Shown: piece by piece, positions 13,258-33,599 of the stretch | How the letters are laid out: the number at the start of each line of letters is the position of its first letter | Position numbering within the stretch: position 1 is the first letter of the stretch | NCBI RefSeq assembly: GCF_009914755.1 | Contig: NC_060936.1 | Length of the DNA stretch: 64,000 nucleotides | From: the human T2T-CHM13v2.0 reference genome, Homo sapiens | Reading direction: 5' to 3' (one strand) | The notes under the pieces: generated by a model | What the model saw: the letters and a program-made list of their open reading frames with translations, nothing else | Told to the model about the DNA's origin: nothing | Databases searched by the model: none | Position numbers and translations under genes: made by a program

Positions 13258-14548
13258 TTGATTTTTGACTTCAAGTTTGTATTAGACTCATTTTAAAAAG
13301 TTGGCATTTGGACATAATTTTGCCTTTAGTATTTTGGTTACAGTGTGTATAAGATTCTGATTAATTTTTTAATGTTTAGTAGACATTCTCTATAAAGCTA
13401 TTTTGTTCTAGTGTGAGTGTGTTATGTGTAAATTTTAATTACTAATTTTTTTCATCATTATGGGATATTTGGGTTTGTGGAAGACTTTAGCAAATTTTCT
13501 GTTTTATCCACATTTCAATGAAATTCTCTTATATTTTTGCATGTACTTCATGTGTAGTTATGTTTCATTTATGTTCTATGACTTTTGACTTGTACTTTTT
13601 CTCTTTTTTGTTGATCAATCTTTATCAGAAAATATATTTTAGCTTGGTTGGCTTCTTATTTGAGAGATACGCAATATAGCATAACAGTTATATATGTAGA
13701 CCTTGGAGTCAGATGGTTTAACTCAAGAGGTGATTAAGCGTATTAAATATGATTAAATACACAAAATTATTTGAGCCTCTCAAAAAGTAATTTTTCAATA
13801 CATTTTAGCTATTACTATAATTCAGTTCCAAATTTTCTATCATTTAACCCAGTTTATATTTTGTAGCATTCATCGCTGACATTATCATTTTTACTCATCT
13901 TATTTATTTATTTAATTTTAAAATTGAGTATAGATTTTTCTCTCCTCATTTTTCCACAATAAAAGGGATTTTATTTTTTGCTGGTAACCATTATATCCAA
14001 AGCTAGAATCATGCTGAATACGTAGTAGAAGGTCAAAAAAATTAATTAATTATTTTTTTAAGTAGATTATTTCCTAATGAAGTGCTGGATGCTATTAGAA
14101 TGGTAAACTGGGGAGGAAAGTTTGATGTGGAAAAGACATCGAGAAATATTTGGAGTAAGGACCATTACAGAAATGAATGAGATTGTTAATGAGTTCTGCA
14201 TACAAAAAATTCAACATGAAGAAATTACGTTTCTTCAGGTACGTGAATTGGGAATGAAAGAGTGGGAAAAATAAAGTTAACTACTTTATAGCTTTTTCTG
14301 GTTTTGACTTTTGTGCCTTCAACACTCAGAGGTGTTTTAGAAATATTTGTTGACATAACACTGTTGGTAGGAAGCATCGTAAAGAGTTTTAAGTACTGTA
14401 GGATTGAGTAGGAAAGTTTCATTTTCTTGTTAAAAAGTCAAACTAATTTTTGTTAGTTGATTGTCTTATTCTAAAAGCCATAAAAGCAAAGAAATATGTT
14501 TTCTTGTTTTATAACATTTTATAATATTAACTTTAATTTTTACTTTAG

Positions 14549-14575
14549 GGACTCCACAACTTATTATACCTAACC
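14549..14575 (+). CDS. GLIPR1L1: GLIPR1L1 27-nt micro-exon ((R)TPQLIIPN(Q))
   Basis: tttttactttag|GG...AACC|gtatgt. Phase 1 on both sides and in frame with flanking exons; matches recalled long isoform RTPQLIIPNQNPF. Confidence 0.88.
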
Positions 14576-14673
14576 GTATGTATCAAAATATTTTAGTATT
14601 AATTAAATTATTTCCTCCCGTTGAAAATCAATTGAACTCTTAACTATTCTGGTTTTGTTTTTGTTTTTGACAG

Positions 14674-14765
14674 AAAATCCATTTCTGAAGCCAACGGGGA
14701 GAGCACCTCAGCAGACAGCCTTTAATCCATTCAGCTTAGGTTTTCTTCTTCTGAGAATCTTTTAA
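14674..14765 (+). CDS. GLIPR1L1: GLIPR1L1 last coding exon (NPFLKPTGRAPQQTAFNPFSLGFLLLRIF*)
   Basis: Acceptor ttttgtttttgacag ends at 14673; TAA at 14763-14765; hydrophobic C-terminus. Confidence 0.95.
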
Positions 14766-14801
14766 TGTCATTTATATACAAAAGAAATTCTCAAATGTTA
14801 A

Positions 14802-15222
14802 AATAAAGGAATAGTTTATTGCTTAATATAACTTATCATCACTTTGCTTCTTTACTGAATCTTCTACACTCTTGCCTGATACCTAAATTTAATGTTTGTT
14901 TTTAACTCAAAAAATGTACTGTAGTATGGAAAATGGATAGCAGTAGAATAAAGTCTTAAGATTATTTTTTAATTACAAATCCATATGTGTATCAAAAGTG
15001 TTCCACTCTTTAATTTTCTAATGAGAATGGATTATCATTTTAGTTATAGTACATTTAGAGAACTAAAGACTTTTCACATATCAAATAGTTTCCTTAGATA
15101 CCAATAGTTTCCTTTATGAATACCATCAACATCATTCAGAAACAAAATGTTACTGAGGAAAGTTTTTTCAGATAGCATGTAATGTTATACATTATGGCCA
15201 TAATCAATGGTTGGGGAATAAA
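14802..15222 (+). terminator. GLIPR1L1: GLIPR1L1 candidate polyadenylation signals
   Basis: AATAAA at 14802-14807, 14947-14952 and 15217-15222 downstream of the stop codon. Confidence 0.6.
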
Positions 15223-15585
15223 TCAATGAATTAAACTCAAAAAGTTAAATTAACTAAATTTTCAACCTTTAAAAAGTAAATATATGTTCTGCAAATTAAA
15301 GTTGCACTCTTCTAGGAGATTTATTTTTAAATATGCCCCACAGAAAATAACAGGATGCTAACAGCATATCTTTTAAAAGCCATATAAAATTAGTATAGGT
15401 AACAACATTTCTACAAACCAGATAATTATTCAGTACTGGCATTTCTTTTTTCTGAAGGAAAAAAACATAATATTTAATAAATTCAGTTTTCAAAATCATC
15501 AATGCTGAATTGTTGACTCCTGTGGAGTAAATTATCTGGATGTTTTTCTTCTCAACTAAGGCAAGCTCCAGCTTCCCTCAGCTAT

Positions 15586-22428
<6,843 letters not shown>

Positions 22429-22429
22429 G

Positions 22430-22473
22430 ATATATATATATATATATGCGTGTGTGTGTGTCTATATATATAT
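22430..22473. repeat. (TA)n(TG)n(TA)n microsatellite
   Basis: Direct reading. Confidence 0.9.
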
Positions 22474-22579
22474 AAAATATCTGTAATATATATAATCATT
22501 TTAAATGTATTTTTAATAGAACTGAACATTGTTTTGTATATATTGTCAGATATCTAGGAATTTCCACAAAGCTGGGTGA

Positions 22580-22884
<305 letters not shown>

Positions 22885-22942
22885 GATTGGTGCTATCTTT
22901 TATAAAGAAGCCAAGTAGTTTTATATTTAAGTCTGCTTACAT

Positions 22943-23428
22943 CTGTCAGTGTTCTCCAGAGAAACACAACCAATAGCGGAGAGAAAGGGGGAGAGGGAGA
23001 AGGAGAGAAAGAGGAAGAGGTGGAGTGGGAGAGGGAGAGGCAGAAAGAGATTTTTAGTAATTGGCTCACAGGATCCTGTGGGCTAACAAGTGGAAATTTT
23101 TAGGGCAAGCTGTCAGGATGGAGATTTAAGTGAGAGTTGCTGTTGCAATCTCTAGTCCAAATGTTGAAAACTCAGGCAAAATGTTTATGTTGCAGTCTGG
23201 AGGCAGGATTTCTTTTTAAGAAAAACTCAGTCTTTGTACTTAAGGCCTTCAACTGGTTGAATGAGGTCCACTCACATCAAAAAGGATAATCTGATTTACT
23301 TGAAGTCAACTGATTATAAATTTTAATCACATCTAAAAAAATATCTTTACAGCAACATCTAGACTAGTACAACCAAACAACTGGTCACTGTAGACCAGCC
23401 ACATTGACACACAAAACTAACCATCACA
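22943..23428 (-). mobile_element. Older MLT2 solo LTR with internal GA-rich tract
   Basis: gttctccagagaaacacaaccaatag ... aactaaccatcaca. Confidence 0.8.
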
Positions 23429-25619
23429 TTACTATTTGACATCATGTATATAGAGTCTTATATTTTTAGTAACGTAAGCTTTCACTATTTGTTTAACTAT
23501 TGCATTGTTAAAATTCTCATTCATAATTACTTGCTTTTTAACTTGTGGTATGAAATAACCTAAAGGTAAATTCACATGTATGTAGAGTATATTTTTCTAC
23601 CTATTGCTTTGTTTATCATTTTGTTATCTTCATGTATTTTAATTAAACATTTTCATTAATAATTAAAACATCCTCTGATTTTTAATATAATTACTCCTTT
23701 ACCCCTTTATACTTATTCATTCAAGAGCATATGATTTTCTTTAAGTCAGATTCAAATTTAAAATTTAAAATTTTTTTACAGAATTATATTCCCTGATGAA
23801 GAGGTACTTGTCAGAGTGTTAAATTAGCACTGCTATAGGAACTTTCAAGTTGTGACAGTTCTCAGAAAATGGAGTTTATTCACAGGACTTTGGGTCCATG
23901 CTAAAGCTATGAGCAGAGGCTAGAAAGGCAGAGCATCTCCATCTTATTAGTGGGCTTTCCTCTTATTGTCAAGAAGAGAAAATTCTGGGCCAAGGACATG
24001 TCTTTTTTATTTCTTGTGATCTTAACAACAGCCTCTTGACAGGACATCTTGGGAAGCCTGTCATTGCTTGAGGTTCCTTTACTCTGAATAGACTGTTGAT
24101 AGTGACTTTAAGTAACCCTCCTATTTCACTTAGTTTGGAATTGCTAGACAAACTGCTCTAGGCTTAGCTTTTTCAAACTACTGAGAATAGTTAACTCAAG
24201 ATTTAAGTAGTGCATTTTTCAGGAGATTCTCTCGTCCTGCTAGGACAAGTTTGGGTTGTCAAACTCAAATAAGTGTGTGTTCCCAGAAATTGCTGAATCA
24301 CTTCAAAATATGAAACAAAGAAATCAGATTTGCCAATAATAGTTGGGCCAGTTTTCTACCTCTTGGGAGAAATGGTGAAGAGATAGTTTAAACAGTATTC
24401 TCTGTAGTTTATTATTATTATGATGCATCCCTATCAGTAAAAAAAAAAAAAAAAAAAAAAATTGTAGAGTGACCAAAAATCCTAGTTTGCCTGAGACTGA
24501 GAGGTTTCCTAGAACATAAGAAAACATGCCCAGACTAGGACATTCTCTAACAAATGTGGAAGTGGTAACCCTTCGATTAAATCAAAAGGTACTATATGTA
24601 CATTTAACTAAATGTATTATGTATATTTTTATAATAAAGTAATATATTACAAAATACATAACAATTGAACCTAAAAAGGATGAGGTAAAATAAATTTAAA
24701 AATAAGTGTTAAAGAGATGTTTATGCCAGGAATATAAAAAGAAACACTTCTGACGGTTTTATATTATTTGCTTGCATTTGTATCTTGACAACTATATTGA
24801 ATCGGCAATTTCCTCTTAGCAATTTTTGCAGGATATGTGATCATTTTGAGATGGTTTGCTTAGTTAAAACTAGGTAATTTGAACTGTAATTAAATTTACC
24901 TGTGATCACTAACTGTACCAGGGGAAATAAATAAATTCCATTATCATCACTTCGAGTGGAACTCCCATTTTCTCTCAGGAAAGCAACATATCACTTGCCA
25001 ATGTCCTCCAGACTAAAACTACCAGCAACTCACCTGTAGTTATATTCACTGGGTTTGCTTCTTGCAGCTAGGGAAACTACATTGATTATTATAAGAATAA
25101 CTCAATAAATATTTATTAAGCATGCTCTCATGAAAACTAATATAAAAAAACATTTATTAAGCATGCATAATATCTGGCACCATGCTAAGTGTTAATAATT
25201 ATTTTTAGTTCTTGTGAATTCAATGAGTGAAAATAAGAGTATTTAAATTTAATAATAGTAATACCTAACAGTAGGTATTACTATGCCAAGCACTAAGTGC
25301 CTTACATCTAATAACTTATATAATTCCCTCAATAATGAGGTAGATGCTATTAATTTTTATTCCTTGAACTACCAGTAAAGCTAAACATATTTTCATAAAC
25401 TACATTCAAATTTACCAATATATTGTTTGAGAGTTATTAAGAAAGGCTAGGAATCTTATTTTCACCTTTGATGAAAAGATTACAGGAAGTTGTTTCAAAC
25501 ATATGACCATACTTCATATTGACCTAATGAATACAGAAGTAATGTACATTCAGGAGTCAAATTTTAATATAAATAGTCTCGGATTTATACTCAATTTTAT
25601 GGCTCAGTCTTTTAGAGAC

Positions 25620-25985
25620 TGATATGGTCTGGCTGTGTCACCACCCAAATCTCAACTTGAATTGTATCTCCCAGAATTCCCACATGTTGTAGGAGGGACC
25701 CAGGGGGAGGTAACTGAATCACAGGGGCCAGTCTTTCCTGTGCTATTCTCATGACAGTGAATAAGTCTCATGAGATCTGATGGGTTTATCAAGGGTTTCT
25801 GCTTTTGCTTCTTCCTCATTCTCTCTTGCCGCCGCCATGTAAGAAGTGGCTTTAGCCCTCTGCCATGATTGTGAGACCTTCCCTAGCCATGCGGAACCGT
25901 ACTAAGTCCAATTAAACCTCTTTCTTTTGTAAATTGCCAAATCTCAGGTATGTCTTTATCAGCAGCATGAAAACAAACTAATACA
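25620..25985 (+). mobile_element. THE1A-like solo LTR
   Basis: TGATATGG...CTAATACA; TSD gagac/gcgac. Confidence 0.9.
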
Positions 25986-26004
25986 GCGACAAACGATACT
26001 TTAG

Positions 26005-26493
<489 letters not shown>

Positions 26494-26916
26494 TCTTATG
26501 AAATTTGAATGGCTCCCTGTGCATCTGGGATTTTAATCCTTGGACATTTATCTAGCAAATTTCTCAGTTGCCCTATTTTACATTTTAACGAAGTAAAGTC
26601 TATCTTTCTACCTTTCAAAGTTGGCTTTTATGTGTGGATCATTTTGCTTTTCTCCTTTAATGCTTCTCATGCACAATTATCTGAATCTTAAATTTGAATT
26701 ATAGAAAAGATCAATCGAGTATGTAAAGAAACAATGAGAAAGAGTCAATAAAATAAAAACAATGTTTCTAATAACATCTATACAGAGAACAAAATAATAC
26801 ATTTTAGTATCTTCAGTCTTATCCCATGATCATTTTCAGTAAATGTAGATTAAAAATACATTTTTAAATTTGCTAGCTTTTATCCAAATCAAAAAGCATA
26901 TGGAATTAGAGTATTA

Positions 26917-27240
<324 letters not shown>

Positions 27241-29414
27241 AATTTTAAAAAATAATTTCAAGTGCAGTGTACAAGTGTACAGAAACTGAGAACTTAAGGA
27301 AACTCACAAATCATCTGAGATAAGCAAGAGGCTTAAAGTTTATCCCAAAATTGCTCTTGTTTTTAAAATTAAAGCTATATCTGTTATACATGACAACAGA
27401 AATATTAAATGGGTATGCAAAAAGTATATAAGTAGCAGAATTTAAATAATTTAATGAAACCTTATTTTCCACATTCCTTGTAAAGAAATAAATGACTCTG
27501 TCAATACGCTCTAACAATTCCAATGCCCTCAGGAAACCGAATGTGATAAATTATTTCCATCACTTTCAATATAAAATAACTTAAAACTGTTTTGCCCCAA
27601 ATTTCAAAGTTCAAAAATCTACAACCATTCAAACCTTATTAGAAAATGTACACAACCTGTGATTTAATACGTATTTCATGAAACTATGATTAAATAATTC
27701 TCATGTATTACATGCCTCTTTAAATTTTTTGAAAATATATATCATAGAATATAATGCATTAAAATTTTTTTATATGAAGTATATAATGGGAGCTGATTCA
27801 CTGACAGATACGAAAGATTGAATATTTGCAGAACATTGTCAGCAAACCCCACTTCTTTCTACAGAAACCAAATGAGATGCTTTTGTGTGTCCTTCCATAC
27901 TCCTATCTTAGTCACCTGGGCTTAAAATCTAGCTTTACAACACTAATCAAAAGAAACCAAGATAGCTATATTAATTTTGGCTGCAGCCAACTTCAAAACA
28001 AGGAAAGTTATCAGGATTAAACAGAGGCATTACATAATAATAAAGGGGTTAATTCTCCAAGAAGACATTACAATCCTTAATGTATATGCACCTAACAAGA
28101 GAGTGTAGAAATATATGAGACAAAACTGATAGAATGACAAGAAGAAATAGACGAATCTACTATTATAGTTGGAGACTTCAAAACACCTCTATCTGAAATG
28201 TATAGATTCAGCAGGCAGAAAATCAGTAAGGACATAGTTAAACTCAACAACAACATCAATCACCTGGATGTAATAAGACGTCTATACATTATTTGACAAT
28301 AGCAGAATATATATTCTCGAGCTCATATGAAACATTTACCAAAATAAACTATATTCTGGACCATAAAACACACCTTAACAAATTTAGAATAGAAATCATG
28401 TAATGCCTGCTCTCAGACCACTAGTAATTGAACTAGAAATCAGTAACAGAATGATAACCATAAAATTCCAAAATAAGAGATTAAATGGCACACTTCTAAA
28501 TAACACATGGTCCAAAGAAAAAATCTCAAAAGAAATTTGAAAATATTTTTAAATAAATGAAGATGAAAACAACTTGGCAAAATTTGTGGGATGCAGCAAA
28601 GCATTGCTTAGAGGTAAATTTGTAGCATTGAATAAATATATTAGAAAAGAAGAAAGATCTAAAATCGCATATGCTTTCACTGTTAGAAACTAGAAAAAAA
28701 AGAGCAAATTAAACCCAAAGTAAGCAGAAGAAATAATAAAAATTTGAACAGAAATCAATAAAATTGAAAACAAAATTAATAGAGAAAATTAATAAAATCA
28801 AAAGCTGGTTTTTTAAGGCATAAATAAGATTGATAAGCTTCTAGCCAAGCTAACAGGAAAAGGGAAAAGACATAAATTATCAATATCAGAGATGAAGGAA
28901 GGAACATCACTACAGATCTGATAAACATTAAAAGGATAACTGAGCAACACTGTGAACAACTCCACACCCACAAACTTAATAATCTAGATGAACGGGCCAC
29001 TTCCTTGAAAGACACATCTCTCACAACTCATGCAAGAAGAAATAGACAATCTGAAGAGGCCTATTCCTATTTAAGAAATTTAATTGATAACTAATAACCT
29101 TCCAAAACAGAAAGCACCAGGCCCAGATAAATTCACTGGTGAATTCTACCAAAAATTTAAAGAAAAAAGTGATCGATTCTGTATAATGTCTTTCAGAAGA
29201 TAAAAGCAAACAGAATACTTCTTAACTCATTCTATGAGGCCAGCATTACCCTAATACCAAAATCCTGCAAAAACATTACAAGAAAAAAAATACTACAGAC
29301 CAACGTCTCTCATGAACATAGATGCAAAATTCCCCAACAAGATACTAAGCAAATTGAATTCAACAACGTATAAAAATAATTATATTACATGATGGAGTGG
29401 AATTTATTCCAGAT

Positions 29415-29858
29415 TGCTCTGGTCTAAATATTTGTCCCCTCCAAATTCATGTTAAAATTTAATTTCCATTGAGGCAGTATTGAAAGGTGGGGCTTTAAAA
29501 AGATTATTGGGTTATGAGGGCTCTGCCCTCATGAATGAACCAATACATTCATAGATTAATGGATTAATAGGATAATAAGTTAATGGATTAATGGGTTATC
29601 ACAGGAGTGAGACTAAAGGGCTTAGTAAAAAGGGGAAGAGGGACCAGAGCTAGCATGCCCAACCTTCTTGCCATATGATGCCCTGCACTGCCTCAGGACT
29701 TTGCAGAGAGTTCTCAACAGCAAGAAGGTATTTCACCAAACGCAGCCCCTCAACCTTATGTTCTCAGCCTCCATAACTGTAAGAAATAAATTATTTTTCT
29801 TTATAAATTACCCAGTTTCAAGTATTCTGTTATAAGCATCAGAAAATGAACTAAGACA
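29415..29858 (+). mobile_element. MSTC-like solo LTR
   Basis: tgctctggtctaaat...gaactaagaca; L1 resumes afterwards. Confidence 0.8.
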
Positions 29859-30855
29859 TAGGTATACAAGCCTGGTTCAATTTGCAAATCAACTAATGTA
29901 ATAAATCACATCAATAGGCTAAAGAAGAAAAATCATATGATTATATCCATAGATGCAGGAAGAGCACTGGACAAAATCCAGTATGAACTCATAATAAAAA
30001 TTCTCAATAAACTAGGAATAGTAGGAAACTTCCCTGAGATATTGATAAAGATATCAATATTTACAAAAAAAAGCTATAGCTAACTGCATACTTAATGATG
30101 AGAAACAGGAAGCTTTCTCACTAAGATCAGGAACAAGGCACAGATGCCCCTCTCATCACTGCTCTTCAACTTCATACTGGAAATCCTTGCTAATACAATA
30201 AGACAAGAAAATAAAAGGTTTATAGATTGAGAAGAAATAAAAATGTCTTTGTTTGCCGATGACATAATTATTTATGTACAAAATCCAAAGAATCAACAAA
30301 CTCCTGAAACTAATCAATGATTTTAGCAAGGTTGCAGGATACGAGGTTAATATAGAAAAGTCAGTTACTTTAAATTGCTTTCCTATATACTAGCCATGAA
30401 CAAGTAGAATTTAAAATTGGAAACATAATAGCGTTTAGCACACACAAACAAATACTTAGTCATAAATCTAACAAAATATTTACAAGATCTGTATGAGGAA
30501 CACTACAAAAGTATGATAAAATAAATCAAAGAACTGAATAAATGAAGAAATATTCCTTGTTCATAAATAGAATGAAGAAGGAATTTGTTCATTCTATTTC
30601 CTTGTTCATAAATATTCCTTGTTCATAATAGAATGAACAAGGAATTTGTTAGGATATCAGTAATTCCCAATTTGATCTATTGATTTAATGTAACCCCAAT
30701 CAAAATTTCAGCAAGTTAATTTGTGGAGACTGACAAAATTATTCTAAAGTTTATATGAAGAGGCAAAAAAACCCTGAACAGCCAATACATTGGATGAGAA
30801 GAACAAGGTTGCAGGACTAACACTACGTGACATTAAGACTTACTATAAGGGTACG

Positions 30856-31253
30856 TGTCTCAGTCTGTTTTGTGCTGCTATCACAGAATATCTGATATTT
30901 GGTAATTTATTTTAAAAAAAGATCAATTTCTTACAGTTCTGGAGGCTAGAAAGTCCAAGGTTGAGGAGCTTGCATCTGGTGAGGGCCTGCTGGCTGTGTC
31001 ATCTGATGGCAGGAGTTCACAGAGGAAGAGAGTGCATGCACATGTGCAAAAGAAGGGAGCTGAACTCACTCTTTTATCAGGAACTCACTCCCTCAATATT
31101 TTACCAATCCTGTGATAATGGCATTAATACAATTCATGAGGACAGGGCTCTCATGACCCAATCACCTCTTAAAGATCCCACCCCTCAATGCTGTTGTATT
31201 GGGGATTAATTTTCCAGCATATGAATTTAGGGGGACATATTCAAACAATAGCA
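30856..31253 (-). mobile_element. MSTD/MLT1A-like solo LTR
   Basis: tgtctcagtctgttttgtgctgct...ttcaaacaatagca. Confidence 0.8.
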
Positions 31254-32112
31254 AAAATACAATAATTTAAAAGGTATAGTATTGGTGAAAGTAGAAATAA
31301 ATCCATGGAACAGAATAGAGAGCTGAGAAATAGAACAGCATAAATAAAGTCAACTGATCTTTGACAAAGGAGCAAAGGCAATATAATGGAGAAATGTAGT
31401 CTTTTCAACAAATGGTTCTGGAACAACTGAACGTCCATATACAAGAAAAAAAAACCAGTCTAAGCACAAACTTTATACCCTTCACAAAAATTAATCAAAA
31501 TGGATCACAGACCTAAATGTAAATACAAAAGTATAAACTCCCAGAAGGTTATATAAGAGAAAATCTAGATGATCTTTAATTTGGCAATAACCTTTTAGAT
31601 ACAACACAAAAGGTATGATTTATGAAAGAACAAATCGATAAGCTGGGTGCCATTAAAACTAAAAATTTCTACTCAGCAAAAGACATTCTCAAGAGAATGA
31701 AAAAACAAGCCATGGCCTGGGAGAAAAATACTTACAGAAGATATATGCAATAAAAACTATTACGCACAATATGCAAAGACTCTTTAAACTCAACAATCGA
31801 AAAACAAACAGTTTAATTTAAAAATGGGTCAAAAACCTTAATGGACACCTCACCAAAGAAGACATACAGTACTCAAATAAGCATATGAAAAGGTGCATCA
31901 TATGTCACCAGGAAAACGCACATTAAAATACCAATGAAATACCACTACACACCTTTTAGAATGGCCAAAATCCAGAACACTGGCAACACCAAATGCTGAC
32001 AAGGATGTGGAGGAACATGAGCTCTCATTCACTGCTGGTGGGAATGCAAAATGGCACAGCCACTTTGGAACATAGTTTAGCAGTTTCTTAAAAAACTGAA
32101 CATTATGCTTAC

Positions 32113-32463
32113 TGCCATAGTCTGTTTAATGTTGCTCATAAGAAAATACCTGAAACTGAGTAAGTTATAAAGAAAAGGAATTGACTTCTTAGAATTATGG
32201 AGGCTGAGAATTTCAAAGTCAAGGGGCCATATCTGGTGTGGCCCTTCTTGCTACTGGGGACTCTGCAGAATCCCAAGGCAGCACAGAGTATCACATGGTA
32301 AAGGGGCTAAACTAATCCATTAACCCATTAATCTATGAATGGATCAATACATTCATGAGGACAGACCCAATCACTTCTTAAAGGCTCCACCTTTCAATAC
32401 TGTTACATTGGGGATTAAGTTTCAACATGAATTTTGAAAGGGACAAATATCCAAACAATAGCA
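32113..32463 (-). mobile_element. MSTC-like solo LTR
   Basis: tgccatagtc...ccaaacaatagca; TSD cttac/tttac. Confidence 0.8.
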
Positions 32464-32591
32464 TTTACTATAACATATAGTTATGATCCAGCAATCATGC
32501 TCATGGTATTTATCCAAAGGAGTTGAAAACTTATGTCTACACAGAAACCTGCACAAAGATGTTTATAACAACTGTATTCACATTTGCAAAT

Positions 32592-32950
32592 TGATATGGT
32601 TTGGCTCTGTGTCCCCACCCAAATCTTACCCTGAATTGTAATAATCCCCACGTGTCATGGGAGAGACTAGGTGAGAGGTAACTGAATCATGGGGGCAGGT
32701 TTTTCCCGTGCTGTTCTCATGGTAATGATTATGTCTCATGAGATCTGATGGTTTTATAAAGAGTAGTTCCCCTGCACATGGTCTCTTGGCTGCCACCATG
32801 TAAGATGTCCCTTTGCTCCTCCTTCGTCTTCCACTATGATTGCGAGGGCTCCCAGCCATGTGGAACTGTGAGTTCATCAAACCTCTTTCCTTTATAAATT
32901 ACCCAGTCTTGGGTCTGTCTTTATTAGTGGCATGAGAATAGAATAATACA
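32592..32950 (+). mobile_element. THE1C/D-like solo LTR
   Basis: TGATATGGTTTGGCTC...TAATACA; TSD caaat/ccaat. Confidence 0.9.
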
Positions 32951-33599
32951 CCAATACCTAGAATCAGCCAACATGTCCTTCAGTAGCTACTGGAATAAAG
33001 AAATGTTGGTACATCCAGAAAATGAAAAATTATTCAGTGCTAAAAAGAAATTAGGTATCAAGCCACGAAAAGACATGGAAGAAATTTACACACATATTAC
33101 TAAGTGAAAGAAGCCAATCTGAAAAGACTACATACTGTATGACTCCAACTATATGACATTCTGGAAAAAGCAAAACTATGAAGACAGTAAAAAAAAATTA
33201 GTAGTTGCCGGGGTTAGGAGGCAGGGAGAGATGAATAGTCTGAGCACCAGGGATTTTTAGGCAGCAAAACGACTCTATATGGTACTAAATGCTGGAAACA
33301 TGTCATTATACATTTATACAAACCCATGAAATGTGCAACACCAAGAATGAGCCCTAATATACACTATGAACTCTGGGTGGGAATAATGGATAAATGTAGG
33401 TTCATCAGTTGTAAATGTACTACTCTGTTGTGGGATGTTGATAATGAGGGAGTTTATGTATGTGTGGGGACAGGAGTTACATGAGAAATCTCTGTACCTT
33501 CCTCTCAGTTTTGTTGTGAACCTAAAACTGCTATTAAAAAAGAGTCTATTTTTAGAAAAGGAATTGGTAAAAAAAACAAAACAAAACAAAAAAAACACA

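Larger units (their letters stand above)
27935..33555 (+). mobile_element. L1MC1-like element (ORF2 to 3' end) carrying four MaLR LTR insertions
   Basis: Degenerate EN/RT sequence; 3' end gaaatctctgtaccttcctctcagttttgttgtgaacctaaaactgct. Confidence 0.85.

Noticed and set aside
27311-27656. Possible minus-strand exon or 70-aa ORF in unique sequence
   Set aside because: Weak donor (AAG|GTTTCA), poor pyrimidine tract, no recognisable protein.
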